Shown: positions 12,681-25,055 of the stretch, piece after piece
How positions within the stretch are numbered: position 1 is the stretch's first letter
Layout of the letters: every line of letters starts with the position of its first letter
NCBI RefSeq assembly: GCF_009914755.1
Contig: NC_060929.1
Direction: 5' to 3' (one strand)
Source: the human T2T-CHM13v2.0 reference genome, Homo sapiens
DNA length: 64,000 nt
Notes under the pieces: model-generated
What the model saw: only the letters and a program-made list of their open reading frames with translations
What the model was told of the DNA's origin: nothing
Database searches by the model: none
Position numbers and translations under genes: made by a program

Positions 12681-14270
12681 GTAAAAAAAAAAAAATAAAC
12701 TAATAGTTTAATTTGCTTTAGTACTGGTAATTTAACTTGCATTTGGAAAGAAAAATTTATTATTATTGAATGATAATTTGCACAGATAGTATGGTTTACA
12801 TTTCATCATTTTTGAGGATGTCCCCATTAAGTTATGATTTTAAAAATCACATTAACAGGAAAAACTAGAGTTGAATGTATAGTGTACTGCCATTTTCCAT
12901 GAGAGGTCTTTGAATATATAGTCTCTTATGCAAATAAAGCCATTATAAGTGCACATCGTTTATTGAAATATGCACACACACAAACATTTGTGTATTTCTC
13001 TAGTATCACATGTAATTTTTTGCGATAAAGACAACAATAACAGGGCAATGCTTTCTTGTTATCAGTTGACAGTGAAAAACAGAAGTTTTACCAAGCACTT
13101 TGTAAATTCCTTGTGATCTCAGATGCTTCCTACATTAGTTTGTCAGGAAGTGTCATTGCTTAGTGTAACATTTAGGCATGTATCCAACTCTTGAAGTTTC
13201 AAGTCCTTCCACAAAAAAACACCATACATTAACATGGCAAAGCATAATTTTTCCAATTTGTGGACTGAACTCTCTAAATCCATGTATATAAGTGTAGTGA
13301 ACTCCATGAAATAAAAAAAGAAAACCAAATTAAAGGCACAGATTGACATAGAAAATTATATGCTCCTTAGTATATAAGAAAAGGAGAAGCTGATGTTAAA
13401 ATAGTAAATACTATGTTTAAGTATTGTGATATTTTGTACCACCTGATTTATTGATATTTATGTAAAAATTAATCTTTTAACAGAAGTAATTAATTAAAAC
13501 AATTCTAAAGCAATTATACATATAAAGAATGTGTAATTGAGTATCAACAAAGGCTGGACCTAGTTACTTGTTGAAAAACTGACAAATCCCCCCTTCTTTA
13601 AATATTTCTTACTTGTGAGATATACTGAATTATCATTAATTGTTGAAAATGAACAGATCTTTTAATACCGTGTCAAACGCAGTAAAAATTTGTATAAGAT
13701 TATATTAGAGGAGAAAGAACACTGACCCAGTTTCATGGTTGAGAAACATTGCTTTCTTGTGAAGTCATGAAATATTTCCATACTTGATCATAAAATTGAA
13801 GAAAAAAACTGTGTTTTACAAGGAAACGTCTTTTCCTTTGCACAGAATTATTTAGTGTTTTTAATAATGGAGATATTAACAATCTCATTTTCTACTTCCT
13901 GTACCACTATAATTATGTCACTATTTGGTAATTTTTACAGAAAGCCTAAATTAAGATATTGTGTTTTATTTTGTTCTGTGTCTGCTTTAATTTCATTCAA
14001 GATATTAGTAATTTTCACCAGAAAAATTTTAAATCAAAAGGTTGGAAATAGATGAAGATCGTATTATTGAGAGGAAAATGAGACCAAGAAATGGATGCTG
14101 TTCAGCTACAGTAAAGAGAATTATCTCCTTTGACCTTGGTTTATGAGCAGATATTTATGACCTTACTGAAATTCTTATTTATAATTCTGATCATAAATAG
14201 TTCAGGTTTAAAATTCTATCCATTTTTAATATTAAAAAATTAGTTTGGTCATCGATTGCTCTGAATTTTA

Positions 14271-14594
14271 TTTTCTTTTTTATTTTATCATATTTCTTTC
14301 ACTTTTTTAAATAGATGGGGACTTGCTCTGTCACCCAGGCTGTAGTGCACTGGTGTGATCATAGCTCACTGCAGCCTCTAATTCCTAGGCTCAAGCAATC
14401 CTCCCACTTCAGCCTCCTGAGAGCTAGGACTACAGCTGTGTGCCACCACTCCTGGCTAACTTTTTACAAAAATGTTTTATAGAGACAAGGTCTCACTATT
14501 GCTCAAGCAGGTCTCAAATACCTGGCTTCAAGTAGTCCTTCTGCCTCAGCCTCTGGAGTCTTTGGGATTACAGGCATGAGCCACCACACCCAGC
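14271..14594 (-). mobile_element. AluJ-type element with TSD TGCTCTGAATTTTA
   Basis: Antisense Alu dimer; TSD at 14257-14270 and 14595-14608. Confidence 0.9.
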
Positions 14595-14662
14595 TGCTCT
14601 GAATTTTAATTATACAAGTTGTAAGGTTTGCTTTAATCATCCTTTTGTTTCCCCTTTGCAAG

Positions 14663-14866
14663 GGCATTTTGGGTCAGCACCAATTTCTTGAAGGCCCCGA
14701 GGGCATTGAAAACACTCGATTTGGTTCAGCAATTGCAGCTCTTTCAGACATCAACATGGATGGCTTTAATGATGTGATTGTTGGTTCACCACTAGAAAAT
14801 CAGAATTCTGGAGCTGTATACATTTACAATGGTCATCAGGGCACTATCCGCACAAAGTATTCCCAG
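14663..14866 (+). CDS. ITGA2: Integrin alpha-2 exon 14 (GILGQHQFLEG...DINMDGFNDVIVGSP...YSQ)
   Basis: aag|GGC, CAG|gtaatc, 204 nt; within ORF 14645..14890. Confidence 0.96.
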
Positions 14867-14969
14867 GTAATCCATGAGCTGTTATGGTGATGTATGTATT
14901 TGTGGGTCTTATCATATTAGACATAGAAAGCGTCATGTAAACCATGCAATCCGTCCGCCTTATTTTGTA

Positions 14970-15290
14970 ACTTCATTCTTTCACTCAGCAAATATAAAGT
15001 TAGCCTCTACTGTGTGCCCAAGCACTGTTCTAGAGTCTGGGGATGCTATAAGAACAGGACAGACACAATTCTGATCTTTGTGTGCCTTATATTATATTGG
15101 AGGAGACAAATAAAAAGAAAGAAGTAGATAAGATAAAGTGTTCCAGATAGTAATAAAGGAATTTTTAAAAAAGCAAATGAAACTAAAATAGGAAATAAAA
15201 TTTCAGCAATAGGAGTATCAGGTGGTTGAAGGGGTGACTAATGAGGCCTCACTGAGCAGCCAATTTTGGAGTAAGACTGGAAGGAAAAGA
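14970..15290 (+). mobile_element. L2 fragment
   Basis: TTCACTCAGCAAATAT...CTACTGTGTGCCCAAGCACTGTTCTAG pattern of L2 3' ends; boundaries and strand approximate. Confidence 0.55.
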
Positions 15291-15591
15291 ACTAGGAAAT
15301 TAACCCTGTACCTGAACTTGCATCAATTTGCTCCAAGTCCACTGATCTTTTCACTGGTTTATGATTTTTTATTAAAGATTTATGCTGTCCCTTCGATGAA
15401 AATGTGGCTGTAAGAGTGATGCAGAGATCAGATAATAAGATGTGATTAAAAAATGAATCTTTAGAATTTGTAGAGAATAAACACAATCTGGGACATTACT
15501 ATATAGAAAATATAATAATGAAATTCAGAGGCTGCCATTTTCTGGTTCAGCTGTTGTGTACTATAATTTCGTGTCAAACCTGCTCTTTTAG

Positions 15592-15728
15592 AAAATCTTG
15601 GGATCCGATGGAGCCTTTAGGAGCCATCTCCAGTACTTTGGGAGGTCCTTGGATGGCTATGGAGATTTAAATGGGGATTCCATCACCGATGTGTCTATTG
15701 GTGCCTTTGGACAAGTGGTTCAACTCTG
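15592..15728 (+). CDS. ITGA2: Integrin alpha-2 exon 15 (KILGSDGAFRSHLQYFGRSLDGYGDLNGDSITDVSIGAFGQVVQLW)
   Basis: tag|AAA, TG|gtgagt, 137 nt; DLNGDSITD motif. Confidence 0.96.
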
Positions 15729-16868
15729 GTGAGTCAGGAAGAGCCAGACACAAACTAACTAAAAATTACCTGCTAAGAAAGCAGAACAGATGTCTGTACT
15801 GGTATTATAGAAATGCCACATGCATTCTATAAGACTATAGGGAATCGATGTATCATAGTTTGCACAAAGGAATAAATGTGTTTTTCCAAGTAGGAAAAAT
15901 AGATATATTTGCTTACCATTAGAAATATAGTTCTCTCCTCATATGGTGAGTAAAACAGTACATAGAAAACATAAAGTTCTGGAAATGGTATCCAGGCTAT
16001 TTCTGAATGTTATCTTCCTATAAATAGCCTTATCTCAGCATACAGAAGGGAAACCTCATGAGAGTGCATTCAAAAATACTGAAAATTCAGACCACACAAG
16101 TAAAGTGTAACTTCTATGTGACTGAATGGTATATTTTAAAATTATTAGTCATAAACAATAAGCCATTATTTAGGTTTAGCTGACCTCTCATTGACCTCCA
16201 CAGGAGTTGAAGATTCAGAGAGAACAGTGTGAAGGTCATGTGATTCAAGGTCAAAAATAAGTATATTGGGCCGGCAAGGGAATAGAATCAGAAAGAAGTT
16301 GTTTATTCAATCAAGAATCTCCATTCATTTGTCTCTGTCAAAAAATGTGCTTTAAATGTACAAATATTTGAAGAACAGAAAAATAATATTCATTGATTAT
16401 TTTTTATTTCTGAGTTTAATGATACTATTTACAAATCTCACTTGTGCTTTTAAAGAATGAAGTACATTATTTTTATTGCAGAATGAAACTTTTATGTGGA
16501 AAAAATAAAACTCAAGAATAATACTTAAGACTTTAAAAAAACAAGAAAATATATTTACTGAATAAATCAGTTAAAATCATTTCAGAGTAGCATATCAAGA
16601 GTAAATACACATATCCCAGAACCTAAAGTATAATAAATAACTAATATGTTAAACATGTATTGTGTTAGTGATGCAGTCACAAATTAAAAAAAAAATTATC
16701 TCTGTCTGCCATCTTAGAGCTTTCAAATATATACTACTGCTAAAGTGCTTTGATAGAGAGTAGAGAGAAAAATTCAGTAATGCTGGTACTGGGTCCTCTA
16801 TGATAAAGGATATAATACGTGTGCTCAGTAATAACATCCATCCATCTGTTACTCTTTATGTCTTTTAG

Positions 16869-17008
16869 GTCACAAAGTATTGCTGATGTAGCTATAGAAG
16901 CTTCATTCACACCAGAAAAAATCACTTTGGTCAACAAGAATGCTCAGATAATTCTCAAACTCTGCTTCAGTGCAAAGTTCAGACCTACTAAGCAAAACAA
17001 TCAAGTGG
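16869..17008 (+). CDS. ITGA2: Integrin alpha-2 exon 16 (SQSIADVAIEASFTPEKITL...NNQV)
   Basis: tag|G, GTGG|gtgcgt, 140 nt; within ORF 16819..17016. Confidence 0.94.
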
Positions 17009-19859
17009 GTGCGTAGATCTGAAATAATCTGTATAGAAATTGGTTGGCTTACAGAGTTTTAGTCCTGAATATAACATATTTTGGTTTGTAGGCCAAGAGA
17101 AATAAGGGTTTTAGTTATAGACACTTAAGTTTCCTTACACTGGAGATGCCCGAGAATGGTTCACTAGTCATGGAAGATTTGTTTAGATCTTCCTTCCACA
17201 TCTCTAGAAGGTTCTGCTGCAGAAAGTTGTAATCTCTATGACATAACCAAGGGCCCTCCTGCTTCCATCCTTTGAGTTTCTCTTACCTCCATTTCTCTTA
17301 CTTAAAACCTTGAGCATACACAGATTATGCTGAACTGCCACTCAAATGACTATATCATGTTGGCTATGCCATGATCTATATAGGACAGGTTCAGTAAAAG
17401 TATCAAGTATTTTTCCTGTTGTTGAGGAATTAATAAACATGAAATAATGAAAGAAAACATGAAAAGCAATATATAACTTTTACCCAGTGTTTTAAATGTT
17501 CTAAATAATACAGAGAAATGAGTAAAAGTCTGAATTATGTCTCATCTGATGGGGAAGGATGAGGAAATCATTGTGGGCAAGCATCAGCAGGAATTGTTGT
17601 CTTTTCTCTTGGGCTGGCCAAGTTGTCTTTCAAGGCCTGGCAGAGGTCCTGCCTCCTCTTCAAAGCTTTTTCTAAGCACGCTATCTCACCTTCATCTCTT
17701 CTGCCCCAATTATCTCACCATGCTCAATGCATAGCTTGCAATTTAACACTTGATTCAAAGCTACCTTCTTTCATTAACTGCTGCTTCATGGGTCCCAATT
17801 CCCATTCCGTCAGAATTTGGCTTTAAACTTCAGAACTTGTAGTTCCTATAGGAATTCAATTAAGTGACAAACATATTAACTTAAAGCTGAAAATACAGAA
17901 GCAGGTTATTTGCCATAATTCATACCAAGATACAAATAAGATGAGAACACAAAGCAAAATTAGATTCAAATCTTAACATGCTTTCCATATTTTCCTACTT
18001 TTCATATCCATTTGGAAGTTTTCCATGCAGATGTTCAAAGATTGACCCAATTTTGAGTAGCATATGTCACTTGACCTGCCATGTAGCACATCTAACTGAG
18101 CACACATGATAGTTAAGTCAAAAACCGTTGCTGCATAAACATTGTGGCTAGTCTGCCTAATAGGTTAACTTGGGAAATATATTATTTGGCAGAAACAGCA
18201 AACTGGTCAGCTCTTCTGGCCCCGAAGCATAGAGGTGTCTCATGTATCTTCCCTTTTTGACTATACTTCAACCCTTATGGTGATGCACACTCAAAAATTC
18301 TACTTTCAGAGAATTTCCTTCCCATCCACAGGCTGCCGAGGGTTTCTGGCCTTTCTTACTATTGGGCATCTTTCCCTTTAAATCTTTTTTCCTGATGCCT
18401 TCAGGTCCACAAAGACAAGCCAAGTGAAATGATTGTGAGCTCATTTGTCACTTCATTGCTTGGCAATAATAGTATGTAAGACGTGAATCCCATCTTCACA
18501 ACTGTGGAAAGTGAATTTATAAAGCATATGGTTTCTATCATTTATTGCATCAGGTGCACACTTCACTTTAAGATTAATAACATAGCCCATGAAGCGATGT
18601 ATCATTTTTATAAAGCTGCTTGAAAAAAAAAGGAAAAGCATTATAATGTGGACTAACTTTGTCCTAACTGCACTCACCTCCTTGCCATTGTTTTTCCTTT
18701 ACATCATCTTCACAACTTATTTTTAGTTTATTTAATTCTTTAATATTTTATCTATCTTTGTTGGCATTGTTAAGTCACTGGAGCAAGAAAAATTGTACAA
18801 CATATATGATAGATTTTTTTCAAGGTAACATGTAGAATTCATGTTTTGGGAAGTATATACAACCTTTAAAATATTGAAAATAATAAAGTAAGATAGAATA
18901 ACCCCAAATAAGGCAATAAGGCAGCTGATGCTGTGAATGGCACCAGGTGTTCTCTCTCAATTTTGGACACACGGCCAGTGGACTTTAGTTGAAGGTAATA
19001 ATTCTGATAGTTTAGACATCGGCTACTGACATCAGTTATTATCACATAATTTTTTTTCATGAGTTGGTATTAGGAAACAGAGGTTCAAAGAGGGTAAGTA
19101 AATTGCCCCAAGTCACAGAGCTCATAAACAGCAGAATTAGGATTCAAACCAAGTCTGCCTGACTGAGACTTTATTGCTGCAGTGTTGCATGCATTTCCCT
19201 ATGTGAGCATCTAGAATAGGTCAAGCACTGTCCATGTTCCCTTAGAGTATCTCAGTTAATCTTCACAATAACAATTAATTCTTACAACTGGATGGAAGCA
19301 GAAAGAATATGAGCTCTTATTTCAAAAATACCCAACTTTTACTTCTGACTAGCCATGTGAACTTAGGTGAATTATTTTACATCACTTATTCTAGTACATT
19401 ATTTGAAAAATAAGATAATAAAATTCACTTTCCAGATTCATTGTAAAACTTGTATGGCATACATGAGAATGTGTCCAGTTGCAGGCGCTCAGCAACTGTT
19501 CCTTTCCATTCTGTGTCTCCGTGTTATGAGTAATGAAACCCGTGCTTGTGGGAGTGAGCAATTTGCCCAGGTTCATCACAGTAGGTTTCCTGGCGGCAAG
19601 TCTAGTTTCCTTTCCACTGCTCCCAGCCACATTTCTCTGAATCACATTTCTTTGTATGCACAGTCACCTACGTCACATCAGAGCTAGAATGACAAATGCT
19701 TTGTGGTGCTAGCTATGGTTCACAAGCCACCAATATGAAGACTATTTCCATATTTTCTTGATGTGAGATACTTTGTCCAAGAAGACACAATAAAGCAAAG
19801 ATGCTTTTTCCTATAAGTTGATTTGAAATAACATTTCTTTATGATTTTTTTTATCATAG

Positions 19860-20011
19860 CCATTGTATATAACATCACACTTGATGCAGATGGATTTTCA
19901 TCCAGAGTAACCTCCAGGGGGTTATTTAAAGAAAACAATGAAAGGTGCCTGCAGAAGAATATGGTAGTAAATCAAGCACAGAGTTGCCCCGAGCACATCA
20001 TTTATATACAG
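19860..20011 (+). CDS. ITGA2: Integrin alpha-2 exon 17 (IVYNITLDADGFSSRVTSRGLF...HIIYIQ)
   Basis: tag|CC, CAG|gtaagg, 152 nt; within ORF 19841..20038. Confidence 0.95.
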
Positions 20012-21688
20012 GTAAGGCCTCAGGAACATCCCTTTTGACTTTATTTCTTCCTAAAGACAAGAGAGTGGTAAAAGTCAAAAATAGAAGCTTATGAGTTAGA
20101 AAATGCTCACCCTTCCAATGAATGCCTTTCTTATGTAATTCCATAAATAAGAAGCATATTTACTTTATGCTAATATTTATGGTCACAATCTATTATATAA
20201 GTCAGCAACATCAAATTTCATTTAGAATTGCAATGAAAGGGCTAAAAATACAATTCTTAAAGAAATCATAGATACAGTGTTTTCTTAAATGTTTAACAGA
20301 GAGAACTTTCCATTGGCAATAAATGTTATTTTGATATTTTCCTATCAGGGAAAAATTTTATTTATTGTTCAGCTACTGAAAAATAACTCCAATTGTGGTT
20401 TCTACTATTAGATTTAAGTTAACATAGATGAAATATAGTAGATTATGAGATAACAATTATTTGTTCTAATCGTATGCTGTAATTACTGTATTTAACATGG
20501 ATTTTGAAAATTTCCCAAGTGAGAAAAATGCTTTTCAGGAGAAAACTTCCAGCCGGAAATTTATTTTATAAATGATGTGAATATTTCCACCTTGGAAACC
20601 ACATAATGGCATTTGAAAGGATAATTTACTCAGGAAATCACTTTTTTAAAAGGATATTTAAGTACTTTCTTAGAATACAGTTCTCAGAATTTAAGGTGCG
20701 AAAGAACTGCCAGGGAAACTTTTGGGAAATGTATATTCTGGGTTCTTACCATCAGAAATCTAGGTTTGAAGGCCCAAGGAATATGCAGATCTAAGGAGCA
20801 CCCCAAATATTTCTGATGTAAATGGATGGTACAGAGAGATCTTACTTCAAGAAATGCTAAGTGTAAACACTAGAAAAACATAAAGTTGACGGTTAGATGA
20901 ATTAAAATCAGTTGAGTTGTTTAGTTCATTTTTCAATTTGAAGGTTTCTTGTTTGTGAAGACGTAGACTTCTTTTTTGTTAAAGTGACAATTTTATAGAT
21001 TCCTTAAAGGAAAAAATCTTATTTCCCTTCTCTCCCATCCTGTGCTGACTGGTGGATCAGATTATACATGCAATCCCTAGTGAGGAAATGGAGACAGCCA
21101 AGCTGTTTTTCTTTAAAGTTTAAAAAAACAAAATCCTTTTTCACTATTTGATATCAATGCCAGTTAAAGTACATCCTACTTGCTAAGCCCGCAGCCAGCC
21201 AAGGAAACATCTCCTCATAGTCCAGAGCTGTCATGGTAGACAGGCCCCCAGAAGGAATAAGTCCTTCTGGGAGGACTTCTGGGAGGCCCCCAAGAGTTAA
21301 GAGTAAGTCCTGCCTGTGAATGGACTAAAGAATACCAAGATACCGCTTCTGAGGAAAAGGCAAATTCAAATGTTAGGGTTTCATTTGTATAGACATAGTG
21401 CTTTTTTGACAAGAACTGATGAGCTTAACTAAGAATCCCTGCTTCAAATTCTTACTAGACCCAAGTCTCTTTTGGTTTCTTAGTAGAAGAGAGGCTAAAA
21501 GCAGAATTAGGATGGAAGAAAAGAAGCGAGAGTCTTGATTATTCACAACAAAGATATTCTACATAATTGAGAGCTGACTGTGCTCTTAATTGTAAACACA
21601 TTTGGAATCATTTTCTTGTTTTAATGCTGCTATGCTCTAATAAACTGACTCTGTCTCCCCCTGTATGTTTGTGTGTGTGTATGTTTAG

Positions 21689-21799
21689 GAGCCCTCTGAT
21701 GTTGTCAACTCTTTGGATTTGCGTGTGGACATCAGTCTGGAAAACCCTGGCACTAGCCCTGCCCTTGAAGCCTATTCTGAGACTGCCAAGGTCTTCAGT
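21689..21799 (+). CDS. ITGA2: Integrin alpha-2 exon 18 (EPSDVVNSLDLRVDISLENPGTSPALEAYSETAKVFS)
   Basis: tag|GAG, AGT|gtaagt, 111 nt. Confidence 0.95.
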
Positions 21800-22363
21800 G
21801 TAAGTGCAGCTTACACTTCCTGGATTTAGACTGGCAAATAAAGTTCCACAGTCACTGCAATAGTGTCTGAAGGATGGTTAGGATGCAGCCTGAAAATTCT
21901 TAATTTTCTAAATGAACTACAATTACATATGCATAAAGTTCACTAACACTTAAGTTCCATGACAGCAGGGATTTTTGTCTTTCTTGTTCACTGCTGTGTT
22001 TCCACTCCCTAGAGCAGGGCCTGGCCCATTGTATGTGTTCAATATATATTTGTTGAATAAATAAATAAAAATAAAGTAAATGCCTTGTGCTCATACTCAA
22101 AAAATATTACCAATACATATGAAGCTCTGCGTATAGCTGTCCCCGCCATAGACACTTTCATCTAGCTCCCCCTGTGCAAATGATTATCTTGAATTGTGTG
22201 TTTATTAATGCTTTTCTTTATTATTTTGTTAAACATTTATATATTCCTAGAACATTGTTTGGTTTTGTACTTTATGTAAATAGAATAATATTCTATGTAT
22301 TCTTCTGTAATTTGCTTTTTCAACCCAAGAGCAAATGTATGGATCTTTTTTCCTTTTTCGTAG

Positions 22364-22446
22364 ATTCCTTTCCACAAAGACTGTGGTGAGGACGGACTTT
22401 GCATTTCTGATCTAGTCCTAGATGTCCGACAAATACCAGCTGCTCA
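22364..22446 (+). CDS. ITGA2: Integrin alpha-2 exon 19 (IPFHKDCGEDGLCISDLVLDVRQIPAAQ; genu region)
   Basis: tag|ATT, CA|gtaagt, 83 nt; CGxDxxCxxDL motif typical of integrin alpha chains. Confidence 0.95.
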
Positions 22447-22868
22447 GTAAGTTTTACTTTAAAGCTTGTTGTAAAATGTAGAAATAAAAGACATACTAGA
22501 TTACTTTATTCAAACGAATGTTTATAGAGTTTTTCTACAAAAGAAACATTCATAACTCATAAATACCTTTAAAAACTAAATTTCAATGTCTACCATCCAC
22601 ATAGGAGTAAAACAATAAGAAATATAAAATTATCTGTATTTAAATGGTTCCATTCCCTCTAATACAATAGCAACAAAGAACAATCCAATTGCATTTACTT
22701 ATTTGTTGTCAGTATCATTTTGATGCAAAGATAGTTTATTACACAGCAATTTTCTCAGTATTCTAAGTAAGTCTAAAGAGTTTAGTTTTTTAATGAGTGA
22801 AATTTTAAAATACTGGCCTTTTTATTTAACAGTAATGGCTTTACCCCCCTCCTTTTTACTTTTAACAG

Positions 22869-23010
22869 AGAACAACCCTTTATTGTCAGCAACCAAAACA
22901 AAAGGTTAACATTTTCAGTAACGCTGAAAAATAAAAGGGAAAGTGCATACAACACTGGAATTGTTGTTGATTTTTCAGAAAACTTGTTTTTTGCATCATT
23001 CTCCCTGCCG
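22869..23010 (+). CDS. ITGA2: Integrin alpha-2 exon 20 (EQPFIVSNQNKRLTFSVTLKNKRESAYNT...SFSLP)
   Basis: cag|AGAA, CCG|gtatgt, 142 nt. Confidence 0.95.
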
Positions 23011-24135
23011 GTATGTGATGAGACCCTGTACTTACTTCCACCATGCTTCCTACTTATAGATCACTGTCTTCTCTATGTCCTCTGAGTTGTTTAAAGAAGC
23101 ACCTTAACCCTCAACATGATCAATCTGAACTTTGTGGCTTCCGACTAGTTAAACTGCATGAGAACATAGTCTGGCTCTATATCTAGATTCTGCTTGACAG
23201 CTTGGGTCAGTTTTTCCCTTATCCTGAGACTTGGCAGCAGTAGCCAGACACTCCCATAACTCTTCTTGAGCTATCAGTGTGATGAGGCTGCTGCATTCTG
23301 CACAGATGTGGTGCACTTGCTCTGAGACATTTGAGTCCCAAAGCTTAGCCTGAGCTTTGCAACTATGGTTGTTGCTGCTGCCAAGATGATGCACGCCAGC
23401 AAAGCCAACTAATCACATTGACTTGATCATTATACCAGGAGCACACTTGACTGTGAGTGCTCCCTGGTCCCTCCTCTACCACCAAATTATGAAGAAAAAA
23501 GGGAGAGAAGGAAAAGCTGAGATTTTCCAAATGAGCTATCTGATTAAAGGATTAAACAATGATTTCATTTAATTTAGAGTTAATATGATCTTAATAGGCT
23601 TAGAGTTCTAAACCTAACCTGACCTTGGTGTTTAAACACCCTGTGCCAAGTGGCAACTACTTCCTTTAAAGGGAAAAAAAAACCTGAAGAAAACTAAAAA
23701 AAAAAAAAAAAAAAAAACCCTCAAATTACTTAAAATACAGACAAACACCAACATATGATTTTACTTTCTTCTCTTGAAAATGCTTCAAATAAATTGAGAA
23801 GAACATATTCCTAAAGCCAGCATTTCAAAATATTGAATTAAAGCTATTCGTGCATCTGAAAATAAAAACTATCATTTTTTTCTGGGGAAAAAATACAGTA
23901 TTTAATCTTTTCTTTGTTTTGTTGGATGTTCTAGGTATCTTTAGGGTTAGCAATAAAAGTAGTATATTAGCCACCTGGGCAGTATAAAATTTCAAGTCTT
24001 GAGGTATAATAAATTATTTCAGTATGAACCAACCTTACTGCTAAAATGCCACTGTACCTCTTTTACCAGGTGCGTGCATACACACACAAATGTTATATGC
24101 CAATTGATCATTGTTGTTTCCTTGGTCTTGTTCAG

Positions 24136-24228
24136 GTTGATGGGACAGAAGTAACATGCCAGGTGGCTGCATCTCAGAAGTCTGTTGCCTGCGATGTAGG
24201 CTACCCTGCTTTAAAGAGAGAACAACAG
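24136..24228 (+). CDS. ITGA2: Integrin alpha-2 exon 21 (VDGTEVTCQVAASQKSVACDVGYPALKREQQ)
   Basis: cag|GTT, CAG|gtacaa, 93 nt; within ORF 24046..24273. Confidence 0.95.
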
Positions 24229-24811
24229 GTACAACTTGCATTTCATCCTCCAATCCATACAAGCCCTCCTTAGCACATATGCTAATTTACCAACATAACA
24301 TCTTGCTATCATGATTTGATAGGCATCACAAAATAACTAGCTGCATACTTAGGGGAAGTTTTCAATATCTAAATGTTTTCTTTAAATTATTAATAAAAAT
24401 GGGATTTTCTCCATGCAATTCATTCCAAAAGGTACACATACTATGGAAAGTTCTTTTTGTCTAAATATGTTGAGCAACATTGGTCAAAGCACTATACACA
24501 GAGTCACAGAGATCATTTATTAACCCCTAGTAACAAGTTTCACATCAGCTCAAAGCTTCCAAATTCAGACAGGTATATACGCCTGGATAACTTACATGTG
24601 TCACTTGGAAGTCAAGCTTCTCTAATTCTAATGTGAGGCATAGTAAAACAAGGTGGACAAATAAAGATATTCCACAAATTTGAAAGCTTAAGGTATATAA
24701 AATTCAGAATCAAATTTGAGTGAGTTTACTTTTATGAGAAACATTTTTTTTTTCACGTTGGCCTCTGAGTATGAAGCATCATAGACTGAGAAATTTTAAT
24801 TTTGTCTTTAG

Positions 24812-24888
24812 GTGACTTTTACTATTAACTTTGACTTCAATCTTCAAAACCTTCAGAATCAGGCGTCTCTCAGTTTCCAAGCCTTAAG
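24812..24888 (+). CDS. ITGA2: Integrin alpha-2 exon 22 (VTFTINFDFNLQNLQNQASLSFQALS)
   Basis: tag|GTG, AAG|gtaaaa, 77 nt. Confidence 0.94.
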
Positions 24889-24971
24889 GTAAAACATAAT
24901 GAAGTCATGAATGGAATGATGGATAGCTTTGTATTTCTCTTTAAGTAATTTCCTAATGTTTCTTTCTATAG

Positions 24972-25055
24972 TGAAAGCCAAGAAGAAAACAAGGCTGATA
25001 ATTTGGTCAACCTCAAAATTCCTCTCCTGTATGATGCTGAAATTCACTTAACAAG
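24972..25055 (+). CDS. ITGA2: Integrin alpha-2 exon 23 (ESQEENKADNLVNLKIPLLYDAEIHLTR)
   Basis: tag|TGAA, AAG|gtaggt, 84 nt. Confidence 0.94.
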
